IMG/VR virus record: IMGVR_UViG_3300046820_002180
Location: 31,821-95,820 of that record
Length of the DNA stretch: 64,000 nt
Strand: one strand, 5' to 3'
From: a virus
Lineage: Duplodnaviria > Heunggongvirae > Uroviricota > Caudoviricetes
Under the pieces are notes generated by a model. The model saw only the letters and a program-made list of their open reading frames with translations. It had not been told where the DNA came from and did not search any database. Positions within the stretch are counted from its first letter, which is position 1. Every line of letters begins with the position of its first letter. The translations under genes and the position numbers were made by a program. Shown piece by piece: positions 17,763-27,500 of the stretch.

Positions 17763-17770
17763 TATTTATA
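17763..17770 (+). promoter_or_regulatory. TATTTATA motif
   Basis: Intergenic, 14 nt before the nusG ATG. Confidence 0.45.
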
Positions 17771-17784
17771 AAAATAATTTAATT

Positions 17785-18309
17785 ATGAGTACAAGTTGGT
17801 ATGTGGTAAAAGTTTTACCGGGTAAGGAAAGACAATTAACCGAACAATATAATAAGGAAATTTCTTTGGGTAGTATTAAAAACATCCTTAGATTTGTGTG
17901 TCCTCTTGAGAAAAACTTAGTTGTTGTAAAAAACAAAAAAGTAATTAGAGAAAAAGTTCTTTACAGTGGATATCTTTATTTCGAAACCAAACAAAAATTG
18001 AATGATGATGACCTTAAAGTGATTGCTCATCAACAATCAATTATGGGAATACTTGGGGATAAAACACCTATACTTTTAAGAGAAAGTGATGTTGCAAGAA
18101 TTTTAAAAGATGAAGTTCTTGATGAACATATACAATCTAAAAAAATTACATTAAACAGCGGCGACATTGTTTCAATATCTGACGGTGCATTTAATGGATT
18201 TAATGGTGTGATATCATCAGTTAAAGGAGACAAAGTGGATGTTGAGGTTAAGATATTTGGTAGAGGAACGATTGTTACCGTTGGTATTGAGCACGTAGAA
18301 AAAGTATAA
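17785..18309 (+). CDS. nusG: NusG-family transcription elongation factor (NGN + KOW)
   Basis: WYVVKVLPGKE, LYSGYLYF, and KOW GDIVSISDGAFNGFNG...VKIFGR. Confidence 0.88.
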   Translation: MSTSWYVVKVLPGKERQLTEQYNKEISLGSIKNILRFVCPLEKNLVVVKNKKVIREKVLYSGYLYFETKQKLNDDDLKVIAHQQSIMGILGDKTPILLRESDVARILKDEVLDEHIQSKKITLNSGDIVSISDGAFNGFNGVISSVKGDKVDVEVKIFGRGTIVTVGIEHVEKV

Positions 18310-18590
18310 TGAATTATAAACCTGAAGTTTTAATTTATTTAAATCAAATCAAATCCTTTTTATCAAAAAATGAAGAGGCTCGTTCTTATTTTATGTCAAG
18401 TGTAAACCCTGACATTTTTTATGATGAGCTGTGTAAAATATCCGAAAAAAATTTCGATTCCCTCGGTGAACCAAACTTAACACAAGAACAGTTTGAGGAA
18501 TTGAAAAAAAATATTATCACCAAACAAACAGAAAGAAAAGTACTCAACCCAATTGTATCTACAAAATTCGGTACTTACTCTTTGAATTAA
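18309..18590 (+). CDS. Hypothetical protein
   Basis: 93-aa ORF translationally coupled to nusG. Confidence 0.6.
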   Translation: MNYKPEVLIYLNQIKSFLSKNEEARSYFMSSVNPDIFYDELCKISEKNFDSLGEPNLTQEQFEELKKNIITKQTERKVLNPIVSTKFGTYSLN

Positions 18591-18626
18591 CTTTTCTATT
18601 AAACAATTTTTAATTATCTTTCTATT

Positions 18627-19697
18627 ATGAAAAGAATCCTACCTTCAGAACTGAAGTTATATGACTCAGTATATTCGAACGACTTCCCCGATAGTCAATA
18701 CTTCATTGTGTTGTTTGGTGATATGCCGTCGAAGTATAGTAATAGAACATATTACGACCCTAAAGTTCTTGAATATTTTAAACGAGAAGGTTATTTGGTA
18801 ACTCATAAGATTGAGAATACAAAAAAGAACTATGATATTGCGATTGAGAGTCTATTAATCCATAATGAAAAACAAATTATGGTTCGAGCTGACCTTTCAA
18901 CCGAGAAAAAAACTGAAATCATAACTCTTGATATTCTTTACAACTTAAAGAATGGTGAAATAAATGCTCAAATTGATTTTGATGAAATAAATAAATTCGT
19001 CAAAGAAAAGAAGAGAGCAAACATTCAATTAGTTAAAAGTGAAATGGGTCACTTGGATACTGAAGAATATGATTTACCGGTTCCTGATATGGATTTAGAA
19101 TTAAATTACGGTTCTGAATTTAAAAAGATTCACGATATCATTATTAAAAGACTAAATAAAACTAACGATAAGGGAATTATTTTATTACACGGAGACCCTG
19201 GTACAGGTAAGACCTCCTACTTAAAATATTTGACCAAATACGTTCAAGACAAAGATATTTTATTCATCCCACCATCAATGGCTGAGATGTTATCTGAACC
19301 ATCGATTATACCATTCTTGATGGAAAAGAAAAATAGTATTTTAATTATTGAAGATGCTGAACGTGTTATATCAGATAGAGAAGGTAATGGTTCACCTGCA
19401 GGTGTGTCAAATATTTTAAACCTAACTGATGGTATATTAGGTGATTGTTTAAATATACAAGTAATTGCCACCTTCAATATGAAAAGAGAAAGAATCGACC
19501 AAGCGTTACTTCGAAAAGGTAGATTAATCGCCGAACATAAGTTTGAAAAACTACCATTGGACGAAACAAATAAATTGTTAGACCATTTAGGTAAAAATCA
19601 TAAATCAAATGAACCAATGAGTTTGGCTGATATATATAATGTAGACTCCGATGAAGTCAGAATAACAAAAGAAAAAAAATCAATAGGATTCCAATGA
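18627..19697 (+). CDS. AAA+ family ATPase
   Basis: Walker A HGDPGTGKT, Walker B IIEDAE, sensor TFN, Arg finger LLRKGR. Confidence 0.88.
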   Translation: MKRILPSELKLYDSVYSNDFPDSQYFIVLFGDMPSKYSNRTYYDPKVLEYFKREGYLVTHKIENTKKNYDIAIESLLIHNEKQIMVRADLSTEKKTEIITLDILYNLKNGEINAQIDFDEINKFVKEKKRANIQLVKSEMGHLDTEEYDLPVPDMDLELNYGSEFKKIHDIIIKRLNKTNDKGIILLHGDPGTGKTSYLKYLTKYVQDKDILFIPPSMAEMLSEPSIIPFLMEKKNSILIIEDAERVISDREGNGSPAGVSNILNLTDGILGDCLNIQVIATFNMKRERIDQALLRKGRLIAEHKFEKLPLDETNKLLDHLGKNHKSNEPMSLADIYNVDSDEVRITKEKKSIGFQ

Positions 19698-20008
19698 GAC
19701 AATTAACAACAGAACAATTAACAGAAAAATTAAATAATAATGAGAAAGTATTGGTAGACTTTTTTGCCACTTGGTGTGGACCTTGTAAGGCTTTAGTACC
19801 AACTTTAGAATCAATTCAAAACAATTACGAGGGAGTTGAATTTGTAAAGTTAGATGTTGACCAAAATACGGACTTAGCAATGCAGATGGGAGTTAGAAGT
19901 GTTCCTACGGTTATTTTATTTGAGGGTAAGAAAGAGGTATTCAGAGCAACAGGAGCAAACACTAAAAATTTCTATGATAAAGTGATAACTGAATCATTTA
20001 ATTTGTAG
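19694..20008 (+). CDS. trxA: Thioredoxin
   Basis: DFFATWCGPC and VRSVPT. Confidence 0.93.
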   Translation: MRQLTTEQLTEKLNNNEKVLVDFFATWCGPCKALVPTLESIQNNYEGVEFVKLDVDQNTDLAMQMGVRSVPTVILFEGKKEVFRATGANTKNFYDKVITESFNL

Positions 20009-20009
20009 T

Positions 20010-20282
20010 ATGAGTAACACAATTATTATTTTTACTTTAAAAACTTGTGGACATTGTGCTAGTTTAAAAGAAAAATTAACAGAATTATCAATTCCGTATG
20101 AAGAATTGGAAATAAATCAGAATCGACCTATATGGGACCAAGTAGTTAGTCAAACAGGTCATAATTTATTACCTACGATATTCATAAAGAAGGAAAACGA
20201 TGACACAGGACCTATTTTTATACCCGGCCGTGACTTCCAAAATCACGATGAAGCGGTTGAAATAATCAAAAATTACGTTTAA
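20010..20282 (+). CDS. Glutaredoxin-like protein
   Basis: CGHC active site and cis-Pro motif LLPTIF. Confidence 0.85.
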   Translation: MSNTIIIFTLKTCGHCASLKEKLTELSIPYEELEINQNRPIWDQVVSQTGHNLLPTIFIKKENDDTGPIFIPGRDFQNHDEAVEIIKNYV

Positions 20283-20285
20283 AAT

Positions 20286-20314
20286 AAAAAGGGATTAAAA
20301 AAATCCCTTTTTTT
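20286..20314 (+). terminator. Intrinsic terminator
   Basis: AAAAAGGGATT-loop-AATCCCTTTTTTT. Confidence 0.75.
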
Positions 20315-20337
20315 ATGCTGACATCTGAAATAAAAAG

Positions 20338-20345
20338 TATTTATG
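20338..20345 (+). promoter_or_regulatory. TATTTATG motif
   Basis: Between the terminator and the first tail-fibre-module gene. Confidence 0.45.
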
Positions 20346-20364
20346 TAAAAGACTTTACATTTCA

Positions 20365-21135
20365 ATGGCGTTACAACGGATTAATTGGTTACAAATTGAC
20401 ACAGAGTACGTTCCTTCAGGTTCTGAAGTGAACTTAGGTGCCGTCTCAGGTTCTCTAAATTCAATTTATGCCGACCATATATACATTTCTGGACAATTAT
20501 TATCAAATAGTGATGAGTTAAATTATTGGTCAGCGTCGATTAAAGAAGCAATTGAGACCACAGGTTCAAATCTAACCGTAAAGGGTAATTTAATTGTTAA
20601 AGGTACAACAACAGCAGTAGAATCGAATGTTGTTACTATTGGTGACAATATTGTTGAATTAAACGGAACTGCAGCGGCGTTTGGTGGTTTATTAGTTAAA
20701 GACCCTACAGCTCCAAATACTATTTCAGGTTCATTACTTTGGGACACACTCAATGATAAGTGGATTGGAGGTCCTTTAGGTGACGAGGAAGGGTTTATAC
20801 AAGACACACAATTCACAAATTTTTCTAGTTCAGTTGCAATAGCAATCGAGGAGAGTGGTATATGGAGACCAACAGGTTCATATTATGCAACAACAAACGA
20901 TTTACAGGTTACAGGTTCTATGAGAATTAAGGGTGATTTATTAGTCGAAGGTAAAACAACATTAGTTCAAAAATTGGACCCAAATGTCGAGTCACTTGTG
21001 GTTTCTGGTGCTATGAACGTTGTTCAAAATCAAATAAATGCACAGGTTATCGCTGCATCTCTTAAAATAAAAGGATTGGGTGAAATGGCGGACGTAAGCA
21101 AATTTGCTGTTATTGACTGTGGTGGATTTTTCTAA
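20365..21135 (+). CDS. Tail fibre/baseplate-associated structural protein
   Basis: VKGNLIVKG beta-repeats, a GDNIVELN...SGSLLWD...W module shared with the other fibres, and C-terminal IDCGGFF. Confidence 0.6.
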   Translation: MALQRINWLQIDTEYVPSGSEVNLGAVSGSLNSIYADHIYISGQLLSNSDELNYWSASIKEAIETTGSNLTVKGNLIVKGTTTAVESNVVTIGDNIVELNGTAAAFGGLLVKDPTAPNTISGSLLWDTLNDKWIGGPLGDEEGFIQDTQFTNFSSSVAIAIEESGIWRPTGSYYATTNDLQVTGSMRIKGDLLVEGKTTLVQKLDPNVESLVVSGAMNVVQNQINAQVIAASLKIKGLGEMADVSKFAVIDCGGFF

Positions 21136-21147
21136 TTAAAAATAAAG

Positions 21148-21155
21148 TATTTATA
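21148..21155 (+). promoter_or_regulatory. TATTTATA motif
   Basis: Intergenic, 21 nt before ATG 21177. Confidence 0.5.
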
Positions 21156-21176
21156 TAAAAGAATTAAAATTACAAT

Positions 21177-23165
21177 ATGGCACAAATTATTAAACACAGA
21201 AGAGGTGGTATCGGGACACTAAAAGATGTAACCGCTAGAGTCGGTGAATTAGTGATGACCACAGGTTCGATTAGCGACCTAAACGGACCGATGGTATTCA
21301 TTGGTGAAACTGAAGGTGTTGCAGGAGCTTATAGACCCGTATCTAAGATATTCCAAGGTTCTGTTGCTCCAACAATATCAGTTGGTTCTTACGGCTCGGT
21401 AATCGATGGTACACCGTTCTACGCTTCAGGTAATAAATCTCTTTACGTTTTAAGTAAAGATGGTAATAATAGACTTGATTTAACAGGTAATATTGAAGGA
21501 AACACAATCAGTGGATTAACCATTAACAGATTAAATGGTAATTTAGGACTTAATGGTGACCTTTCAATTACAGGTAACACAAGTCAAACAGGTTCTATTG
21601 ATTTAACAGGAAATGTAACTTTAGGTGGAAACATATTCATTGGTAATCAAACAAGTGATTTGGTTGTCTTCCAAGGTGAAGTTAGTTCATCAATTTTACC
21701 TGAAGTTAATAATGCATTTGATATAGGTTCGGGAGCACAATCTTGGAGAAATTTATATGTTTCAGGAACTGCGAATGTTGGTATATTAAACGCGGGAACA
21801 ATTAGTTTGAGTGGTATCACAGTATTTGAAGATTTAGTAGTTCAAGGAGACACTTATTTAGGTAATGGTGCTGGTGATGAAGTTTTTATCACAGGTAACA
21901 CATATATAGGTAACTTAACACAAAATAGAGTTACAGTTGCAGGTGCTAACGGATTATTAACAGATTATAGTGGATTAACATTTGACTCACAAAGATTAAA
22001 AGTTGGTGCGGGTAATTTCGAAGTTGGCATCGATGGAGGTACTAGAACTTCAGGTTCACTACAAGTTGGTGCGGGTAATTTCGAAGTTACTGGTAATAAT
22101 GGAAATGTTAGAGCTTCGGGTTCCTTAACAGTTAAAGGTGGTGGAAATATTAACGGTAACACATATATAGGTGGAGACACTAAGGTTACAGGTTCATTAG
22201 AAACCGTGGGAGGAGTTAGTTTTTATAATACACTTGACGTAACTGGTTCTACAAGATTCCGCTCAACAATTGATGTTGACTCAACTGCAACAGTTTCATC
22301 TTCAATAGTTGAAGATTTGAATCAAAATAGAATTGTCTTTGTTGCTCCAGGCGGTAGATTGACTGATGATATTAATTTCCAATATAATGGTTCAGAATTA
22401 AAAATTGGACAAGGTGCATTTGAAGTTGATGATAATGATGGAGACATTAGAGCGTCGGGTTCACTCTTAGTTCAAGGTTCTACAACTATTAACGATAAAT
22501 TAGACGTTACAGGTGATTTAACAATCACAGGAAATACAAGTTTATTATCTAACCTTTATGTATCAGGAACGTTAGAAGTTCTTGGTTCATTAACTCAAGT
22601 TAATATTCAATCAACAACAGTAAACATTGATGATAATATTATCAGATTAAATGCTTATTCACCATTTGAAAGATATGCAGGTTTCGAAGTTATGGATTCT
22701 GGTTCTGCAGGTGTGTCAGCATCTATGGTATGGGATTCATTAAATGATTATTGGATGTTTGTTTCGGCAAGTGGACAATCAAGTAAATTTGTAGGAACAA
22801 CACCTGGAACATACGGTTCTGAAGTTAGTTTAACTACAAACACAATACCAAAAGCGACAGGGTTAAATAACATTGGGAATAGTTTATTAACTGATAACGG
22901 TACAACTTTATCATATAACACAAATAAATTCCAAGTTACAGCATCGAATGGTAATACCACAATTGCGGGTAATGTAACATTATCTTTCTCAGGTGGTACA
23001 GATAACGGAACTAAAACATCTGCGGTAGTTTTTAAAAATAACTCAAATGTTTTAGGTTATGTTTCAACAACAGAATCAACTGATGTTCTTGATGGTATAT
23101 TAGGTTATAAAAATTCTGATGGTACATTGAAATTCTCTACTGTCATCGATGGTGGGGTATATTAA
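21177..23165 (+). CDS. Tail fibre protein (triple beta-helix-like repeats)
   Basis: MAQIIKHRR N-terminus, many L-x-V-x-G repeats, shared DNIIRLN...DSGS...WD module, C-terminal VIDGGVY. Confidence 0.7.
   Translation: MAQIIKHRRGGIGTLKDVTARVGELVMTTGSISDLNGPMVFIGETEGVAGAYRPVSKIFQGSVAPTISVGSYGSVIDGTPFYASGNKSLYVLSKDGNNRLDLTGNIEGNTISGLTINRLNGNLGLNGDLSITGNTSQTGSIDLTGNVTLGGNIFIGNQTSDLVVFQGEVSSSILPEVNNAFDIGSGAQSWRNLYVSGTANVGILNAGTISLSGITVFEDLVVQGDTYLGNGAGDEVFITGNTYIGNLTQNRVTVAGANGLLTDYSGLTFDSQRLKVGAGNFEVGIDGGTRTSGSLQVGAGNFEVTGNNGNVRASGSLTVKGGGNINGNTYIGGDTKVTGSLETVGGVSFYNTLDVTGSTRFRSTIDVDSTATVSSSIVEDLNQNRIVFVAPGGRLTDDINFQYNGSELKIGQGAFEVDDNDGDIRASGSLLVQGSTTINDKLDVTGDLTITGNTSLLSNLYVSGTLEVLGSLTQVNIQSTTVNIDDNIIRLNAYSPFERYAGFEVMDSGSAGVSASMVWDSLNDYWMFVSASGQSSKFVGTTPGTYGSEVSLTTNTIPKATGLNNIGNSLLTDNGTTLSYNTNKFQVTASNGNTTIAGNVTLSFSGGTDNGTKTSAVVFKNNSNVLGYVSTTESTDVLDGILGYKNSDGTLKFSTVIDGGVY
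22000..22088 (+). repeat. 26-nt perfect direct repeat in tail fibre gene
   Basis: AAGTTGGTGCGGGTAATTTCGAAGTT at 22000-22025 and 22063-22088 (encodes VGAGNFEV). Confidence 0.85.
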
Positions 23166-23184
23166 ACAAATTGAACATAATATT

Positions 23185-23213
23185 AAAGGGAACTCACAAG
23201 GTTCCCTTTTTTT
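23185..23213 (+). terminator. Intrinsic terminator
   Basis: AAAGGGAAC-tcacaag-GTTCCCTTTTTTT, followed by TATTTATA 23217-23224. Confidence 0.75.
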
Positions 23214-23227
23214 ATGTATTTATAGAT

Positions 23228-23350
23228 ATGGCGATAACAATGACCGAAGGATTTATTTTAACAATAACAGAAGTTAACGGATTATTATTAACCGAAGATA
23301 ATGTTATTATAATAAGTCAAGATGATGAACAATTACAACCTAACGAATAA
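23228..23350 (+). CDS. 40-aa acidic peptide (not in ORF track)
   Basis: MAITMTEGFILTITEVNGLLLTEDNVIIISQDDEQLQPNE*; TAATG coupling to the next gene. Confidence 0.5.
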   Translation: MAITMTEGFILTITEVNGLLLTEDNVIIISQDDEQLQPNE

Positions 23351-24450
23351 TGGGAAATAGAAAAATAGACCAATTACCACAATTTAGTGGAGACACCAGT
23401 GGTGTTCACATTGTGATTAATAACCCAAGTAACACAACAACACATACAGTAACAAAAGAAATTTTACTTGATGGTAATAATACATTTCACGGTAACCAAG
23501 TGATTAGTGGTTCTTTAGAAATTACGGGAACAACCACATTGGGTGGAAATATTGTTCCAAAAACAGCAAGAGGAGCAACATTGGGAACTTTATCAAATCC
23601 ATTTGCGGATATATATGTTTCATCAGGTTCTATTAATATTGCGGGTGTTCCGGGGCAACCAAATACAACATTATCAAACGTAAGTGGAAACATCTTAATA
23701 TCTGCGGGTGGTATGCAATTGGTTGGTTCAGGTGCGTTCAATGCGGCAACAGGTTCATTCCAATTTATTTCAGGTAGTATGGAACAGATTGGTAATTACA
23801 CACAAACGGGTAATTACGTAATGAATGGTAATAAAACTATTACAGGTTCGTTAAAAATCACAGGTAGTGGATTTATTAATTCACACAGAATATTAACAGA
23901 TTTAGATAGTGGCTCATTTAATGTAACAATTAGTGGAAATACAAATGATAATGTATTAACCGCAACTGGCCAGGCTAATACACTACAAGGAGAATCAAAT
24001 TTAAAATTTGATGGTACAAACTTAAATTTAACGGGTTCTGCAATTGTTAATGGTAATGTAAATGTAACAGGTTCAGCAATTGTCAATGGTAATGTAATTG
24101 TTACGGGTTCTCTTATTATGGACAGTACCTTACAAACAAACATTTCACACACGGTGACAAACCCTTCAAACTATGTGTTACATCAATTTTTAACATCATC
24201 ATATCACGGAGCAACATATGCATTTTCAGCACACAATGATAGTACGGGTAAAGTGACGGTTTATAGTAATTACATAGTTGCTCAGGGAGCAAATTCAATC
24301 AATTCAAATATTGGAGGTGATTCAAAAGTTACTTCGGGTGGTGGTGCACCAAATCCGGCATTTGCTGTGGGTTTTAGTGGGAGTTATGCACAATTTAAAG
24401 TGACAGACACTGGAACGTTTACATATAGAGGAATAGTTCAACTATATTAA
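23350..24450 (+). CDS. Tail fibre/spike-like protein
   Basis: RKIDQLP N-terminal motif, NTFHGNQVISGSL module, and TGSAIVNGNV repeats. Confidence 0.65.
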   Translation: MGNRKIDQLPQFSGDTSGVHIVINNPSNTTTHTVTKEILLDGNNTFHGNQVISGSLEITGTTTLGGNIVPKTARGATLGTLSNPFADIYVSSGSINIAGVPGQPNTTLSNVSGNILISAGGMQLVGSGAFNAATGSFQFISGSMEQIGNYTQTGNYVMNGNKTITGSLKITGSGFINSHRILTDLDSGSFNVTISGNTNDNVLTATGQANTLQGESNLKFDGTNLNLTGSAIVNGNVNVTGSAIVNGNVIVTGSLIMDSTLQTNISHTVTNPSNYVLHQFLTSSYHGATYAFSAHNDSTGKVTVYSNYIVAQGANSINSNIGGDSKVTSGGGAPNPAFAVGFSGSYAQFKVTDTGTFTYRGIVQLY

Positions 24451-24489
24451 ATTTATTTCTTTTTCGTTTATTTAATCTTAATTTTTATG

Positions 24490-24566
24490 TATTTATAAGA
24501 AGACCTACATAGGTCTAATTAACCGTGGTATATACCACAAAACATAGGAGAGAACCATATATATGG
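24490..24566 (+). promoter_or_regulatory. Structured leader: TATTTATA plus three inverted repeats
   Basis: AGACCT-acat-AGGTCT 24501-24516; perfect palindrome GTGGTATATACCAC 24525-24538; palindrome CCATATATATGG 24555-24566 containing the ATG. Confidence 0.55.
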
Positions 24567-27500
24567 CACAAATAGTAAAACTGCGTAGGAGTAGTGTATC
24601 CGGTCAAAAACCCACTAACTCAAATTTACAATTAGGTGAATTAGCATTAAACACTACCGATGGTAAGGTTTATATGGCAGTTTCAGGTTCTCTCGGACCA
24701 TCAGTTGAGGAATTAATATCAACAAACACGGTTAATACAGGTTCAATACATCTTGTTGGTAATGTAACAGCATCACATTTTTCAGGTTCATTTATTGGTG
24801 ATGGTACAAATCTATATAACATACCTGCAAGTGGTGTTACGGGATTAAATTTAACAAGAATTGCTGACGGTAATGCGACCGCATCGATATCAAATTCCCA
24901 AGGTTTAAAAATTAACACAAATACCGAAATCACGGGTTCGTTAATTGTGTCTTCAGGTTCTGCGGTGTTTGATGCCTCTTTACAATTAACAGAAAATAGT
25001 TCATTAATATTAAACAGTGGTAGTAATCTCTATGTTTATGACGGTGGTATTATTAGTGGAACATTTAAAGGTAATGGTGCATTATTAACTGACTTACCTT
25101 ACGCGACTACCGGGTCAAATCAATTTAATGGTAACCAAACAATCACAGGTTCCCTTACCATCACTCAAAATTTAAGAGTATTAGGGTCATCTTCAATTGT
25201 TTATTCAACTGCATCACAATTAATTGTTGAAGATAACATTATCGTAGTGAATGCTTCATATCCTGCTGCAAGATTTTCAGGTTTGGAGGTACACGATTCG
25301 GGTTCAAATGGAAACATTACCGCTTCGTTTTTATGGGACGGATTACATAATAGATGGATTTATCAAAATAGTTCGGAAGCCCATTATGGTGGTGCGATGT
25401 TTATTGCGGGACCAAGAAATACAGGTTCATTAGGTGATGAACAAACATTAACAAGTGGTAGAATACCAAAATCAATTGGTGGTGACCACATAGGTGATTC
25501 ATTAATATCTGAAACAGGCACAACAATTACAATTGCTGGTAATTTAATTGTAAATTCACTAACTGGTTCGATTAATTATAATAACCTAACAAATGTACCA
25601 ACATTGGTATCAGGTTCACCACAAATTGAAATCACGGGAACAACAGGATATTCAGATTATAGTTCAAGTATATCAACATCAATAGGTTCTTTAAGTTCAT
25701 CAATTGCAACAACAACAAACGATTTAGATGGTAGATTAGATTCAATAGAATTAACGACGGGTTCGTTAAATACTTACACTAGTTCTAACACCACTAATAT
25801 CAATGCGATTCATACCGCAACGAGTAGTTTAAATTCATTTACCACATCATATAGTACGGGTTCATTTACAGGTTCATTTATTGGTAATGGTATTGGTTTA
25901 TATAATATTCCTGCGACAGGTGTTACAGGATTACAATTAGATAAAATTGTTAGTGGTAATGCAAGTGCTTCCATTAATAATAATGGTTTTTATGTTAATA
26001 GAGATGTTTATGTTGATGGTACAATTACAGCAAAAGAAATTCATACAGATTATGTAACATCTTCAGTTTTATTCCAAAGTGGTAGTACTAAATTTGGTAA
26101 CACAAGTGACGACACACATCAATTTACAGGTTCAGTATATATTACAGGCTCTATTGTTTCTAGTGATACACCATTAGTGTCAGGCTCATCACAAATAGAC
26201 ATCACCAACACCACAGGATACTCAACATTTAGTAGTTCGATAAAAAATAGTATTGATGATGTAACAGGCTCAATTGCTAATTTATCTTCCTCAGTAAAGG
26301 TTAGAATAGATGATGTTACGGGTTCTATCACAGCATTATCATCTTCAGTAAAAGTTAGAATTGATGATGTGACCGGTTCAATTACCGCATTGTCTTCGTC
26401 TGTGAAGGTTAGAATTGATGATGTTACAGGTTCTATAACAGCATTATCTTCCTCAGTAAAGGTTAGAATAGATGATGTCACTGGTTCTATAACAACATTA
26501 TCTTCCTCAGTAAAAAATAGTCTAGATACTGTAACAGGTTCTATCACAGTATTATCTTCCTCAGTAAAAAATAGTATAGATACTGTAACAGGTTCTATCA
26601 CTAGTTTATCATCATCTGTTAAGAATAGTTTTGATACCATCACAGGGTCAATTACAAGTCTATCTTCATCAGTAAAAGTTAGAATAGATAGTTTAACAGG
26701 TTCGATTGATTCATTAAATACATTTAGCTCAAGTGTTGTATTAACATCACAAACATCTTCAATGTCGGTATTAAGTGCGTCATATGCTGTAACCGCAGCA
26801 TTTGCATTAAATGCGGGTGGAGGTGGTGGTCAAGGTACCACATATGTTCATACACAATCATCCGCTTCAACAACTTGGACAGTAACACACAATTTAGGTG
26901 AGAGATATCCTGCAATTGTTGTATTCGACTCATCAGGTAATGTAATTATACCAACAAACATATCAGCACAATCAACAAGTACATTAGTTGTAACATTCTC
27001 ATCTGCACAAACAGGTAAAGTTAGTGCAACTGTTGGTGGTGGACTACCACACATTAGTGCAAGTTATGAAGGAAGAGTTTTAGCGGTTTATAATGATGAA
27101 CCAATATGGAAAGCAGGTATTATTTCAGGTTCACAACAACTTGGTAATTTAGGTTTTGCAACCACAGGTTCAAATACATTTTACGGTAACCAAACCATAA
27201 GTGGAACAACAACTATTAACATTGCAACATTAGGTTCAAAATGTGTGACAATATCAAGTAACACTGCAATATTTGATTTAGGCGACTTTGACGGTGCCAA
27301 TTTTGATTATGTGGTTAAAAACGGCTCAAATATGAGAGCGGGTATGATAATGTCAGCTTGGGACGGTTCAAACTCGGTTTATAATGAAACCTCAACAATG
27401 GATATGGGTTCAACAACGGGAGTTACTTTTACAGTTTCAGGATTAGGTGTGTTAAATGTTAATATCTCTTCAGGAACTTGGGCGGTGGAAGTTTTATATA

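Noticed and set aside
26228-26713. Regular 54-nt repeats as a CRISPR array
   Set aside because: The units are contiguous, in-frame, synonymously diverged coding repeats with no unique spacers and no cas genes.
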